This document shows, piece after piece, positions 10,615-20,198 of a stretch of 64,000 bases of DNA. This DNA comes from an uncultured Actinomycetes bacterium (GTDB lineage Bacteria > Actinomycetota > Acidimicrobiia > Spongiisociales > DATADW01), in NCBI GenBank assembly GCA_963758695.1, contig CAVWWM010000006.1, positions 77,167-141,166 on the forward strand, in the 5' to 3' direction. Below the pieces are notes generated by a model, which searched no databases, was not told the origin of the DNA, and saw nothing but the letters and a program-made list of their open reading frames with translations. A program made the position numbers and the translations under genes. The number at the start of each line of letters is the position of its first letter. Within the stretch, counting starts at the first letter, position 1.

Positions 10615-10622
10615 CGAGATTT

Positions 10623-11479
10623 CTAGCCGCGGGAAGTGCCCTGTCGCCGGACGGTGCGCACCAGGTCGGACTGTTCCGAGAGCAGCGCCACGGTTTCTGC
10701 CAATGCGGCCACCCGCCCGTGTCGCCGGCCGAGAGCATATGCCACCCCAGCGGCCATGACCGCGCCACCGGTAGCGGTTCCCAGAGCGATCGCCCGTTTG
10801 GTCTTTCGGGCGAAGACGACGATGGGCCAACCCCGGTCGTGGGCGACGTCCTCCAACGGGCCGTCGGGGTTGACCGCAACGGGATGGCCGACGAGCTCCA
10901 TCATCGGAAGGTCGGACACCGAGTCGCTGTAGGCGTAGCTCCGACTCAGGTCGTATCCCCGCTCCGCCACCAGCTTCTGGATCGCCTCCGCCTTTCCCTG
11001 CCCGTAGACGAAGCTGCCATCGAGCTCGGACGTGTAACGCCCGTCGGCGACCACCGCCTTGGTGCCGATGCCTCCGGTCATCGCCAGAGCCCCGGCGAGC
11101 GGCTCGATGATCGCCTGCGGTGAGGCCGAGACGATCCAGGTGTCCCTGCCCCGCGTCGGCGTGCATCTTGAGGAGCCCCCGCGACTCGGGTCGCACCCGG
11201 TCGACCAGCTTGGGTAGCACCGTCCGGGCGACGTGCGTCGAGTTCCTCGACCGAGGCGCCCTCGACCTTGGCCAGGAACCGCATCCGAACCTCGTCGGAC
11301 CGCTCGTCGGTGGCACCGACGAGCCGGAAAGCGAGCGCCTCCGAGGTGGCGCCAACGATCTCCGACGTGGGGACGACCCCGGCGCGCCACGCCTCGACGG
11401 CGAACACGAACACCGACGAGCCGCTGATGAGGGTGCGGTCGAGATCGAAGAACGCGGCGGCCGCAGCGGGGGCGCTCAC
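10623..11479 (-). CDS. HAD-IB family hydrolase (SerB-like), frameshifted
   Basis: The N-terminal FFDLDRTLI (HAD motif I) is in the 11078..11479 frame. The C-terminal GQGKAEAIQKLVAERGYDLSRSYAYSDSVSDLPMMELVGHPVAVNP (motifs III/IV) is in the 10623..11390 frame. Confidence 0.75.
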
Positions 11480-11489
11480 CTTCTACAGG

Positions 11490-12610
11490 TTACCTGCTTT
11501 GGCGCCAGCCCGAAAACAATACCTCGGGCCGGCAGATCACCCGACCCCGAGATCGGTGAGAGGGAGACCGTCGGCGCTCTCGATCAGCGTCCTCGAGGGC
11601 ATCGAGATCCGTCGGCGGCCGATGGCTGCCAGGGCACCGTTGAGAGGGTGGTCCGGTACCGGGAGGCGAACTCGAGCCGGACATCGGCCTGACGGCGCGC
11701 CTCTGCGCCCCAGCGCTCCAGGTTCTCGGCGAGCGCGATCGGCAGATCCCGCGATCCGGGTGGGCATCGGCCCAGCTCTCGGGGAGGGCGCGGTTGAACA
11801 CGACCGCCGCGGGGCGTCCTGCCACATCGGGGAGTTCGAGGAAGAAGCGGACCGCCTCGCGCATCGGGGCCGGGATCGGAGGTGGTGACCACCACCGTCG
11901 CGCTCCGTCTCAGGAGCGCTCGATCTCCTTGGCACGGCGTGACACCCCGTCGTAGGTGGTTCGTCAGGTCCATGAGGAACTGGGCCACACGTTCCAGGAG
12001 GTTGGATCCGAGCACGCTGTCGGCGACCCGAAGCGCCGGTCGGGCGGCGAGGTCGAAGAAGACTTGTCGCCCGGGGAAGCCGGCGCCGGTGAACCATCGG
12101 AGGAGCCGCCCACCGATCAGGTCGGCCATCTGGGCGGGTGCGGTGAAGAACTCGATCCCTCCGGCGGATGGGGGAGTGTCCACCACGACCAGATCCCAGA
12201 CCTTCGCCTCGAGGTAGGTAGCCATCTCCTCGGCGGCGGCGTAGGACTGGCTGGCGGGGAAGTGGCCGGTCGCCGCCGTGAAGAACTCGTTGTCGAGGAG
12301 CCTGCCGCCGCATCGGGCGTTGGCATGGCGCTCGACGATGGCGCGCCACGAGGCGGTGGCGTCGAGCATGGCGGCCCACAAGCCGCGGCTCGTCGGGATG
12401 GCGAACCGGCTCCGATCCAAGCTTGACCTGCCCGAGGGCGTCGGCGAGCCGCCGCGCCGGGTCGACGGTCACCACCAGCGCCTCGACCCCGCGCCGGGCC
12501 GCGGTCACCGCGAGCGCCGCGGCGAGCGTGGTCTTCCCCACCCCGCCGCCCCCGGTGACGAGGAGGCCCGGGTCACGCCGCCTCCAGGCAGGTCGGCGAG
12601 GCGCACGCCA
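11490..12610 (-). CDS. ArsA/Get3-like anion-transporting ATPase family protein (second of a pair), frameshifted; boundaries approximate
   Basis: The P-loop LLVTGGGGVGKTTLAAALAVTAARRG...VVTVDPA is in one frame. DLVVVDTPPSAGG is in the 11584..12420 frame. The C-terminal PAAVVFNRALPE is in a third frame. Confidence 0.6.
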
Positions 12611-13430
12611 CCTCGCCCGGGGTGTTGCAGGCCGAACAGGTAGGGGAGATGCGGTCCCGGGGGCAGCTGGTCAGCCACTCCTGCTGTCCGGCGTACAGCG
12701 AGCGGTGGAGCTGGGCGGCGTCCCGCACCGGCGCCTCGCTCGAACGCGGCGAACAGCCGCCGCGTGACCTCGAGCTTGGGCAGCACCCGGTTGACCACCG
12801 GTGGGAGAACGTCGATCACCTGGTCCTCGTCGAGCCAGGCGAGCGTCTCCTTGGTCTCGTTGACCGGCAACTCCTCGGCGAGGGATACCAGGAGGAGGCC
12901 ACTGCGGTCTGGGTCGCCGAGGATGGCATCCATCCAGCCGGCCTGTCCTTTGACCCGGCCGGTGGGACCAGGTCGGCCACCGTACGGGGTGCCACCAGGT
13001 GCGAGCCGATCTGACCGGTCGGCGGTGCGTCCGCCACCACCAGGTCCCAGCGGCGCTGTCTCACCTCGTAGAGCACCTTGCCCATGGTGATGACCTCGCG
13101 GATACCCGGTGCGGTCGATGCAAGGGCGTCGAAGGCGCGCGCCAACGGGCCGAACCGCGCCACCCTGGGGACACCCATCTGAGCCTGGAGGTACTCGGTG
13201 AGCGCTTTCGCTCGATCGATGGCGGCGGCGTGGAGCCCGGGTCGAACCTCGATCGGCTCGTACTCCAGATGAGCCGATCCCAAGGTGGGCGGCGAGACCG
13301 GGGCCGGTGCCATCGCCAGCAGGAGAACCTTCTTCCCGGCGCGTTGCGCCAGGAGGGCGATGGCAGCGCTCACCGCCGACTTCCCCACCCCGCCTTTGCC
13401 GCTGACCACGATCAGGCTGCGCTCGATCAC
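12610..13430 (-). CDS. ArsA/Get3-like ATPase family protein (first of a pair), frameshifted; 3' boundary approximate
   Basis: MIERSLIVVSGKGGVGKSAVSAAIAL (P-loop) and DLVVADAPPTGQ are in the 12816..13430 frame. The C-terminal part (LLLVSLAEELPVNETKETLAWL...VVNRVLP) is in the 12505..12933 frame. A paired ArsA-like arrangement resembles Mtb Rv3679/Rv3680. Confidence 0.65.
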
Positions 13431-13452
13431 AGGGCGAGGTTATTACTTGAGA

Positions 13453-13487
13453 GACGGCAGACGGCAGACGGCGGACGGCCGGACGGC
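13453..13487 (+). repeat. Heptamer tandem array (GACGGCA)2 GACGGCG GACGGCC G GACGGCG
   Basis: Direct read at 13453-13487. It is followed at 13510-13533 by cttccgccgtccgacttccgtctgc, the reverse-complement flavour of the same family. Confidence 0.85.
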
Positions 13488-13588
13488 GACTCCGGGGTTA
13501 GCTTCCAGTACTTCCGCCGTCCGACTTCCGTCTGCGCAGTTAGGGTCGAATCAGCGAGATGAGGACGCCAATTGTCTGAGTTCCCAAA

Positions 13589-13807
13589 TGGCTGAATTCG
13601 ATGTCGATGCGATGCTCGGCGCGGTATCGGGAGCGGGCGGACGCGGTCAAGGAGCGCAACCTGCCACCTGTCGCCGGGGAGGAGAGGCGCCGATTCCTGG
13701 AGCAGGCCGAGGTGGACTTCACCGACTTCGGCCTGGTAGCCAGCGCCACTTGGGAGGTGGACGGGGACCATCTGGTCCTCCGCATCCCACTCCGCCCGCA
13801 GGATTGA
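13589..13807 (+). CDS. Small hypothetical protein (~72 aa), probably one frameshift near 13625
   Basis: ATG 13589 gives MAEFDVDAMLGA. The protein-like continuation YRERADAVKERNLPPVAGEERRRFLEQAEVDFTDFGLVASATWEVDGDHLVLRIPLRPQD is in the 13601 frame. No family assigned. Confidence 0.35.
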   Translation, partial: WLNSMSMRCSARYRERADAVKERNLPPVAGEERRRFLEQAEVDFTDFGLVASATWEVDGDHLVLRIPLRPQD

Positions 13808-13809
13808 CG

Positions 13810-15219
13810 TCAGCCGGGCGGTGCTTCGATCTCGATGGGGGGCTGGACGATGTAGACGCCCATGGTCCCGTGGCCCTTCACCTCGAGCTCCTTGTGGAGC
13901 AGACAGGGGAACTCCACCTCAACGAGCACCTTGGTCGCTTCGCTCACCTGGATGGCCCCGGGAACACCGTGCGACTCCATCCGGCTGGCGATGTTGACCG
14001 TGTCACCCCAGAGGTCGTACGAGAACCGCTGTTTGCCGATCACGCCGGCCACGACCGGTGCCGGTGTGGATCCCGACGCGGAGCGCCAAGCGGGAGCGAG
14101 CGCTTGACCGCCTCCTTCTCCACGACCTCGAGCATCGAGAAGCCGAGCCTGAGAGCCCTGACCGCGTGGTCCTCGAGCGGCTCGGGCAGCCCACCGGCGG
14201 CCATGTAGGCGTCGCCCATCGTCTTGATCTTCTCCAACCCGAGCTCGACGGTCGGTGTCGTCGAATTGCGAGAAGACCGAGTCGAGCAGATCGACCACTT
14301 CCTCAGGTGGTATCTGCTCGGCCAGAGGGGTGAAGTTGACCAGGTCGGCGAAGATGACGGTGACTTCCTCGGCCCTATCGGCGATGACACCGGGGTTGAT
14401 CGCGCAGCCTCTGGGCGATCGGAGGGCGGGAGGATCGCGAGCAGCAGACGGTCCGACTTGGCCCGCTCCAGCTCGATCTCCGCCTTCTGCACCGCGATGG
14501 TCCGCTGCTGGGCGAAGACCCGACGCTGGGCGATCTCGAGGGTGTAGGCACCGACGATCGAGGCCACCACGGCGGCTCCGACCAGGAAGAAATCGAGCCC
14601 ACGGAATTCGGCAAAGGTGTCGATCGCCAGGACGATGTAGAGGATCAGGTAGCGGATGCACGGCGGCCACTGCAGCCACGAAACGGAGCCGGAGCGCGAC
14701 GAAGGCGAACAAAGCGGCCAGCATCACCGCGGGCACGGCAAGCCGGCCGAAATAGAGCGCCTGCTCGGCGAGCAGGAGGAGGGCGATCCCGCTCAGGCCG
14801 TTGACACCTCCGGCCAGCCACTGCTGCTGGTCGAGCGTCCGGGCGCGGCGCACCAGGATGAGCCCGACGAGGTTGACCAGGACCATCCCACCGCAGATGA
14901 TGAGCAGCGGAGCCGTTTGATCGGGGTGTCGGCGTCGACGATCCATGCTCCGAACACCCAGAGACCGGTTCCGAGGAAGAAGCCGATGACGCAGGTCGCG
15001 GGCGTTGTTGGCACCGGCGACGAGCTGGTAACTGCGTTCCATGACCGGGTCGGTGAAGGCCAGCGTCGTCCGCTTCGGCCCGGGCGGCGGGCCGTCAGCT
15101 CTCCGGATCGAGGTCAGGCAAGGCTCGGGCACGGCCACATCACGCTCCAAGAGCGTGGCGCCGCTGCTCGGCGCGTCGTTCCCCTTCGAGCCTCTCCAAC
15201 TCCACCTCGGAGCTGTCAA
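13810..15219 (-). CDS. Membrane-anchored class III adenylate/guanylate cyclase, frameshifted (true start probably internal)
   Basis: The C-terminal GVIGKQRFSYDLWGDTVNIASRMESHGVPGAIQVSEAT sits in the main frame (ORF 13810..15219). KTMGDAYMAAGGLPEP and the HAMP-like linker are in the 14040..14570 frame. N-terminal TM helices are present. Confidence 0.75.
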   Translation of the reverse strand: MTAPRWSWRGSKGNDAPSSGATLLERDVAVPEPCLTSIRRADGPPPGPKRTTLAFTDPVMERSYQLVAGANNARDLRHRLLPRNRSLGVRSMDRRRRHPDQTAPLLIICGGMVLVNLVGLILVRRARTLDQQQWLAGGVNGLSGIALLLLAEQALYFGRLAVPAVMLAALFAFVALRLRFVAAVAAVHPLPDPLHRPGDRHLCRIPWARFLPGRSRRGGLDRRCLHPRDRPASGLRPAADHRGAEGGDRAGAGQVGPSAARDPPALRSPRGCAINPGVIADRAEEVTVIFADLVNFTPLAEQIPPEEVVDLLDSVFSQFDDTDRRARVGEDQDDGRRLHGRRWAARAARGPRGQGSQARLLDARGRGEGGGQALAPAWRSASGSTPAPVVAGVIGKQRFSYDLWGDTVNIASRMESHGVPGAIQVSEATKVLVEVEFPCLLHKELEVKGHGTMGVYIVQPPIEIEAPPG

Positions 15220-15874
15220 CGTACCTCATCGCATCGGCGATGAGCCGGTGGTTGGCCACCTCTCCGATGGCGCGGTGCATCTCGAGCGCCACCCGGCGGT
15301 AGGCGCGGTGGCCTGCCGGCTGCGAGCGCAGCTCGATGAGGTGCATCGCCTCGCGGGCGTTCATCTCCATGACGAACCTGATGTTGAAGGCGAAGAGGCA
15401 CCACGTACTGGGCGACATCGGCGCCCAACAGCGGTCTCGACCTCATGGTGGATCTCACAAGCATTCTCCATCACCCCACTCCACAATCCCTCCATCCCCG
15501 CCTCAAGGATATCGGGCAGGCGTGTCGTGGCCAAGCCGGGCGCCGAGCCGCTGCCATTCGATGGTCATCATCCGATGGCGTTGCAGGTCGCGGAAGGCGC
15601 CGAAGTCGCACACCACGTCGAACCGGTAGACGGCCCGCTCGAAGGCTCGGCCCGGTTTGTGTCTCCGATTGCGGCGGTCGCCGAGGGCGGCTGCGAGGAT
15701 CTGCGCCCCGCTCGGCCTCGCTCATGCAGCCGACCGCATCGAGCACTCATCGGTCGGGGAGCGTGCTGGCCGGGTAGAGGGCGGCCGCGAGCGACTTGAT
15801 CTCGGCGTCCTCGTCCCAGTCGATCAGTGACACGCGGGCCCGGGCTGCGGGTCTGCTCGCTGAGGCGGCCGCCA
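15140..15874 (-). CDS. ThyX-family (flavin-dependent thymidylate synthase-like) protein, copy B; frame disrupted
   Basis: Reconstructed across frames: ARVSLIDWDEDAEIKSLAAALYPAS (N-terminus); YRFDVVCDFGAFRDLQRHRMMT (ThyX RHR motif region); QYVVPLAFNIRFVMEMNAREAMHLIELRSQPAGHRAYRRVALEMHRAIGEVAN. These align with the Mtb ThyX regions [19 protein letters not shown] and [46 protein letters not shown]. About 245 codons. Confidence 0.55.
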
Positions 15875-15929
15875 TGTCCTCGAGCCGGCTCCCGAACATC
15901 GTCCTGATAGGTCGGTCCATACATCGCCC

Positions 15930-16765
15930 CGTTCCGGGACGTCGACCCGGCGAAGGAACGAGGGGATCACCCTGCGAAGTTCCACCAGCATGGCGTCGGC
16001 GCACTGGCGGACCTCGGCCAGAGCGGGTGGGCGCTGCATCCTGACGAGCGCCATCTCCTAGGCCTGCCCGCTGGCGAATATACCAACATTGGACGAGGTG
16101 GCTGCCGGAAGCACCCCGCGGACCGCGTCGAACGCCTTGGCTCGGAGCGATGCGGCCCACGGCCCCTGGTGACTCGCCCTCAGGCAACGGGAACCGTCTC
16201 TCGTAGTGCTCCTTCATCGTTGCCCAACATCTCGCCGTAGGCGTCGAAGAGCGAGTCCGACCCAGGAGACGTAGCGTCGGCGCGAGCGGAGAGTCTTCGA
16301 TCTCCGGCGGGATCACGTAGCGGTACCGGTCGCCGAGCCTGGCGTCGTATGGGATATACCGGGTGCTCTGCTCGAGATAGGCAGCGAGCCGGCCCCACTC
16401 CAGCGCCTTGGTGAGCAGGTTCGACGCTTGCTCGACCGCCAGGTGGGCCCCACCCAACTGCGCCACCGAGTCGTCGCCATACTCGACGAAGACCCGCTGG
16501 TAGAGGCGCTCCGCACGTTCCATGTTCAGCAGCGGATCTCGCCGATCCGCCGACGACGATTCGCGATGCCGGCTTCGGGGTCGGCGACGAACTCGTCGAG
16601 GAAGAGCCGACGCAGCGACTTGGCGCTCCGGCTGTAGCGGGCGAAAAGGCTCCCTTGACGACTTCGGGGAGATTGACAAGGCGAAGACAGGCCGATCGAC
16701 ATTGGTGAAGAACCGGGAGAGAACGGCCACTTCGTCGTCGGTGAATGGCTCGACGAAGGCCTGCA
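15930..16765 (-). pseudogene. ThyX-family-like gene, copy A: frameshifts plus in-frame TAG at a conserved Trp codon; RHR replaced by WGR
   Basis: FTNVDRPVFAL / VNLPEVVKGA / LFARYSRSAKSLRRLFLDEFV are in three frames. GDDSVAQLGGAHLAVEQASNLLTKALEWGRLAAYLEQSTRY aligns to ThyX HFSVLEHASVSF...[76 protein letters not shown] aligns to [47 protein letters not shown]. The TAG is at 16057-16059 on the minus strand. Confidence 0.5.
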
Positions 16766-16887
16766 CCGCCGGGATCGTACCTGGTGGGAACCGGGCCCAG
16801 TTAGCCTTTCGTTTACGTACCTCCCAGGCATCATCCGATACCCATGTTCTTCCTGAGGCTCGCCGTCGGCATCCTGCTCTGGCGATC

Positions 16888-17101
16888 ATGGCGGTCGCCG
16901 CCATCCCACTTCTGGTGCTGATCGATCTGTCCGGAGGGGGCACCGGCTTCGGGCTGTGTCCCGACGGCATCGGCAGCTGCGCCACCCCGTTGACGCCGGT
17001 CCGGAGCTGACTCTGATCCTGGCGGTGGTGCTGTTCGTGCTCGTCGCCACGGTCCGGCTGTTGCTCCGTATGGTGCGGCGGCTCGAAGTACGGCAGCCGG
17101 T
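16888..17101 (+). CDS. Possible small two-TM membrane peptide (speculative)
   Basis: ATG 16888 gives MAVAAIPLLVLIDLSGGGTGFGLCPDGIGSC..., then after a frame change LILAVVLFVLVATVRLLLRMVRRLEV. No homology recognised. Confidence 0.15.
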
Positions 17102-17106
17102 CCGGC

Positions 17107-17984
17107 TCAATGGGCAGCGCTGACCGACTCGGCTTCGATCATCCCCGGCTCTTCGGGCCGGGTCAGCACCAGGTAGATCGCCACCAGGATCAGGGCGGCA
17201 CCCGCCCAACCCCGTAGGGTCAGACGCTCCTCGAGCACGATCGCCGCGGTGGCTGCAGCGAAGGCAGGTTCCAGCGCCAGCACCACCGCGGTTCGCGAGG
17301 CCCCCACCACGGTCTGCGCCCACACCTGGAGTAGGAAGGCGCCCGCCGAGACCACCAGACCGGTAACCAGCAGCGCCAGCAAATCCTCCACCGTGGGGGG
17401 CTGGAGGACCCCGAGAACGCCGCGAGGTGGCGAAGGCGAGCCCCGAGGTCACCAGTAGCTGGATTGCGGTGAGCGGCACGACCGGATGGCGCGGTGCCAC
17501 GCGGGAGAGCACCACGATGTGCCCGGCGAAGGCGATTGCGCAGCCCACGGTGAGCAAGTCCCCGGTGGTGAAGGAGAGGCCGTCGTCGAACGTAAGCAGG
17601 GCGACTCCTACGAAGGCGACGAGCGCTCCGATCAGCGTTGCCAGCCGGAGGCGATGGCGAAGGGCGGCCGCAGCGATAAGCGGCGTGAAGACCACATAGA
17701 GCCCGGTGATGAGGCCCGAGTTGGAGGCGCTGGTGAGCGCCAAGCCCTCGGTTTGGAGGGCAAGCCGGTGAACATCAGCAGCCCGAGCACTCCGCCATCC
17801 CGCCACAAGGCGCGGCCCCGTGGCACACCACGATGGGGAGCACGACGCCGCCGATGAGGAATCGCCAGGCGATGAAGGAGAGCGGCGGCAGGGTCCGTAT
17901 TGCGTCCTTGACCACGACGAAGCTCGCCCCGAAGACGAAGGCAGCGAGCCAGGACAGAGGGCGGGCACAGCGAGCGTGATCCAC
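17107..17984 (-). CDS. EamA/DMT-family transporter, multiple frameshifts
   Basis: The N-terminal LSWLAAFVFGASFVVVKDAIRTLPPLSFIAWRF is in the 17775..17984 frame. The middle SASNSGLITGLYVVFTPLIAA...ALLTF is in the 16886..18031 frame. The C-terminal AFLLQVWAQTVVGASRTAVVLALEPAFAAATAAIVLEERL is in the 17107..17391 frame. These are two EamA repeats. Confidence 0.75.
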
Positions 17985-18195
17985 GGAGCCGGGACGGAGG
18001 GGCCGCAGCCGTTAGGTCGTAGCAGTGGCATGGCCCCGGTGATTGGGCTTGAGAGGCTGAAACGGCCCCGGCACCACGGCGCCGAACGGGAGGGGAGCCG
18101 CGAGTCGGCTCCGGGAAGGGTGACTATACCCGGGCAACGACATAAGGTTCAGCGTGCTCTGCCACTGCCTACCTCGCACCGTGGCGATCGAGCGG

Positions 18196-18900
18196 CGGGC
18201 CGACGGGAGCATCCCCTCCAGGGCGGAGCAGGGGCGCGCGCGGAGCCATCCTCAACCGGCTGAAGGCGCGCTACCCCGAGATTCGGCACCGCCCTCGACT
18301 ACGACAACCCCTGGCAGCTGCTGGTGGTGACCGTGCTCTCCGCCCAGACGACGGACGAGAACGTCAACCGGGTGGCACCGGTGCTCTTCGCCCGTTTCCC
18401 AACGCCGCATGACCTGGCGATCGGCCGACCCGGAGGAGGTGGAGCGGCTGGTCTACTCGAGCGGGTTCTTCCGGCAGAAAGCCGAGTCGATCATTGCCCT
18501 CTCCGCCGACCTGGCGGAGCGGTTCGGCGGCGAGGTGCCGCAATTCGCTCGACGAACTCGTGACGTTGCGCGGAGTGGGTCGCAAGACCGCCAGCGTCGT
18601 CCTTGCCGAGGCCTTCGCCGAGCCGGCGGTGGCGGTGGACACCCACGTCAAACGGGTGAGCAGACGTCTCGGGCTCACCAACACACCGACGCGTTGAAGA
18701 TCGAGCAGGACCTCAAGGCAGCTCTTCCCCCGCTCGGAATGGTGCAAGCTCTCGATGAGCCTCATCCAATTCGGCAGGGACGTTTGCGACGCCCGCCGCC
18801 CGCGGTGCCCGGAGTGCGAACTGGCCGCCTCTGCCCGTGGCCGAACAAGACAGGCCAGAGCAATGAAGGACTGGCACCACCGGCGGAGGCGGCGCCCGCC
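18196..18900 (+). CDS. nth: Endonuclease III (Nth), at least three frameshifts
   Basis: [23 protein letters not shown], the HhH-GPD segment [40 protein letters not shown], and the 4Fe-4S cluster [13 protein letters not shown] are spread over four frames (ORFs 18324, 18409, 18494, 18755). Confidence 0.8.
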
Positions 18901-18902
18901 GG

Positions 18903-20198
18903 GTGACCATCGACCGTCGGATCCTGCGGCTGGCGGTGCCGGCGCTGGGGGCGCTGGCGATCGACCCGCTCGTATCGCTCACCGATACCGCCTTCGTCGC
19001 CCGTCTGGGCGAGATTCCCCTCGCTGCCCTCGGAGTCGACACTGCGGTGTTCTCATTCGCCTTCTTTCTCTTCAACTTCCTGGCATACGGGACGACGCCA
19101 CTGCTGGCGGGGGCGGTCGGTCGGGAGGATCCGGTCGGCGCTGGGCGGATCGCCTGGCAGGCGGTGGCTTTCGCCATAGCTGTCGGCATGGTGATGATGG
19201 TGCTCCTCCAGGTTTTCGCCGAGCCCATCCTCCGTTTGATGGGCGCCGAGGGCGCGGTGACCGATCCTGCGCTTGTCTATCTCCGCATCCGTGCACTGGC
19301 GACCCCTGCGGTTGTGCTGGTCATCGCCGCCAACGGCGTTTTCCGCGGGTTACAGGACACCAGAACACCACTGTTGGTGACGGTTGCGATCAGCCTGCTC
19401 AACCTGGTTCTCGACCCTCTGCTCATCTTCGGCGCCGGTTGGGGTGTCGCCGGGGCCGCCGTGGCAACGGCGGTGGCCCAATGGCTGGGGGCGGTGTGGT
19501 TTCTCGTTTTGCTGGAACGAAGCCGTCGCCGCGGCAGCATCCCGTGGTCGTTCCCACGTTTAAACCAGGCAGGTCCGCTGTTGAGGGCGGGACGCGACAT
19601 AGGACTGCGGACCTTCGCACTGGTCGGGTTCTTCACACTGGCCACTGCCCAAGCGGCAAGGGTGGGGACCGCCGCCGTGGCGGCACACCAGGTGGCGTCA
19701 CAGTTGTGGCTCTTACTCGCCCTCGCCGTGGACGCCCTTGCCATCGCCGCCCAGGCAATGGTCGGGCTCGCCGCCGGGAGGGGTGACCGGATGGAGGTTC
19801 GTTTGTCCTCCATCAGACTCCTCTGGTGGGGAGCCGGTGCCGGCCTGGTCCTCGGAGCATTGGTTGTGATCACCGCAGACCCCCTCATCGCGCTCTTTGG
19901 CGCCGGCCCGGCGGTTTCAGCCGAACTAGCGGTGATCCTCCCGGTCATCGCCGTCTCCGAGCCGCTGTCGGCCTTGGTCTTCGTCGGCGACGGGATTTAT
20001 CTCGGCGCTTCCCGGTTCGCCTTCCTCGCCGTGACCACCGTTGCCGCCTCCGTGGTCGGGTCCGCCGTCATGCTCGGCGCCGTCGCCCTCGGGTGGGGGC
20101 TGCTCGGTGTGTGGACCGGGGTCGTCGCCCTGGTTGTTGCCCGGGCCGTTGGGCTGGCGACCGGTTACCGCTCGGTGATCAGCGCTCCCAGTGGCTGA
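18903..20198 (+). CDS. MATE-family efflux transporter (DinF/NorM-like), intact 431 aa
   Basis: 12 predicted TM helices with MATE-type duplicated halves (AVPALGALAIDPLVSLTDTAFVARLG ... AAHQVASQLW). Single uninterrupted ORF. Confidence 0.75.
   Translation: MTIDRRILRLAVPALGALAIDPLVSLTDTAFVARLGEIPLAALGVDTAVFSFAFFLFNFLAYGTTPLLAGAVGREDPVGAGRIAWQAVAFAIAVGMVMMVLLQVFAEPILRLMGAEGAVTDPALVYLRIRALATPAVVLVIAANGVFRGLQDTRTPLLVTVAISLLNLVLDPLLIFGAGWGVAGAAVATAVAQWLGAVWFLVLLERSRRRGSIPWSFPRLNQAGPLLRAGRDIGLRTFALVGFFTLATAQAARVGTAAVAAHQVASQLWLLLALAVDALAIAAQAMVGLAAGRGDRMEVRLSSIRLLWWGAGAGLVLGALVVITADPLIALFGAGPAVSAELAVILPVIAVSEPLSALVFVGDGIYLGASRFAFLAVTTVAASVVGSAVMLGAVALGWGLLGVWTGVVALVVARAVGLATGYRSVISAPSG

Noticed and set aside
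10340-10620. Structured ncRNA gene (RNase P, tmRNA, SRP RNA, riboswitch) in the repeat-rich region
   Set aside because: No conserved cores (for example GGAAAGUCCGG, a tmRNA tag ORF or the SRP domain IV motif) were found. The repeats are a more economical explanation, but it remains unverified without a covariance search.
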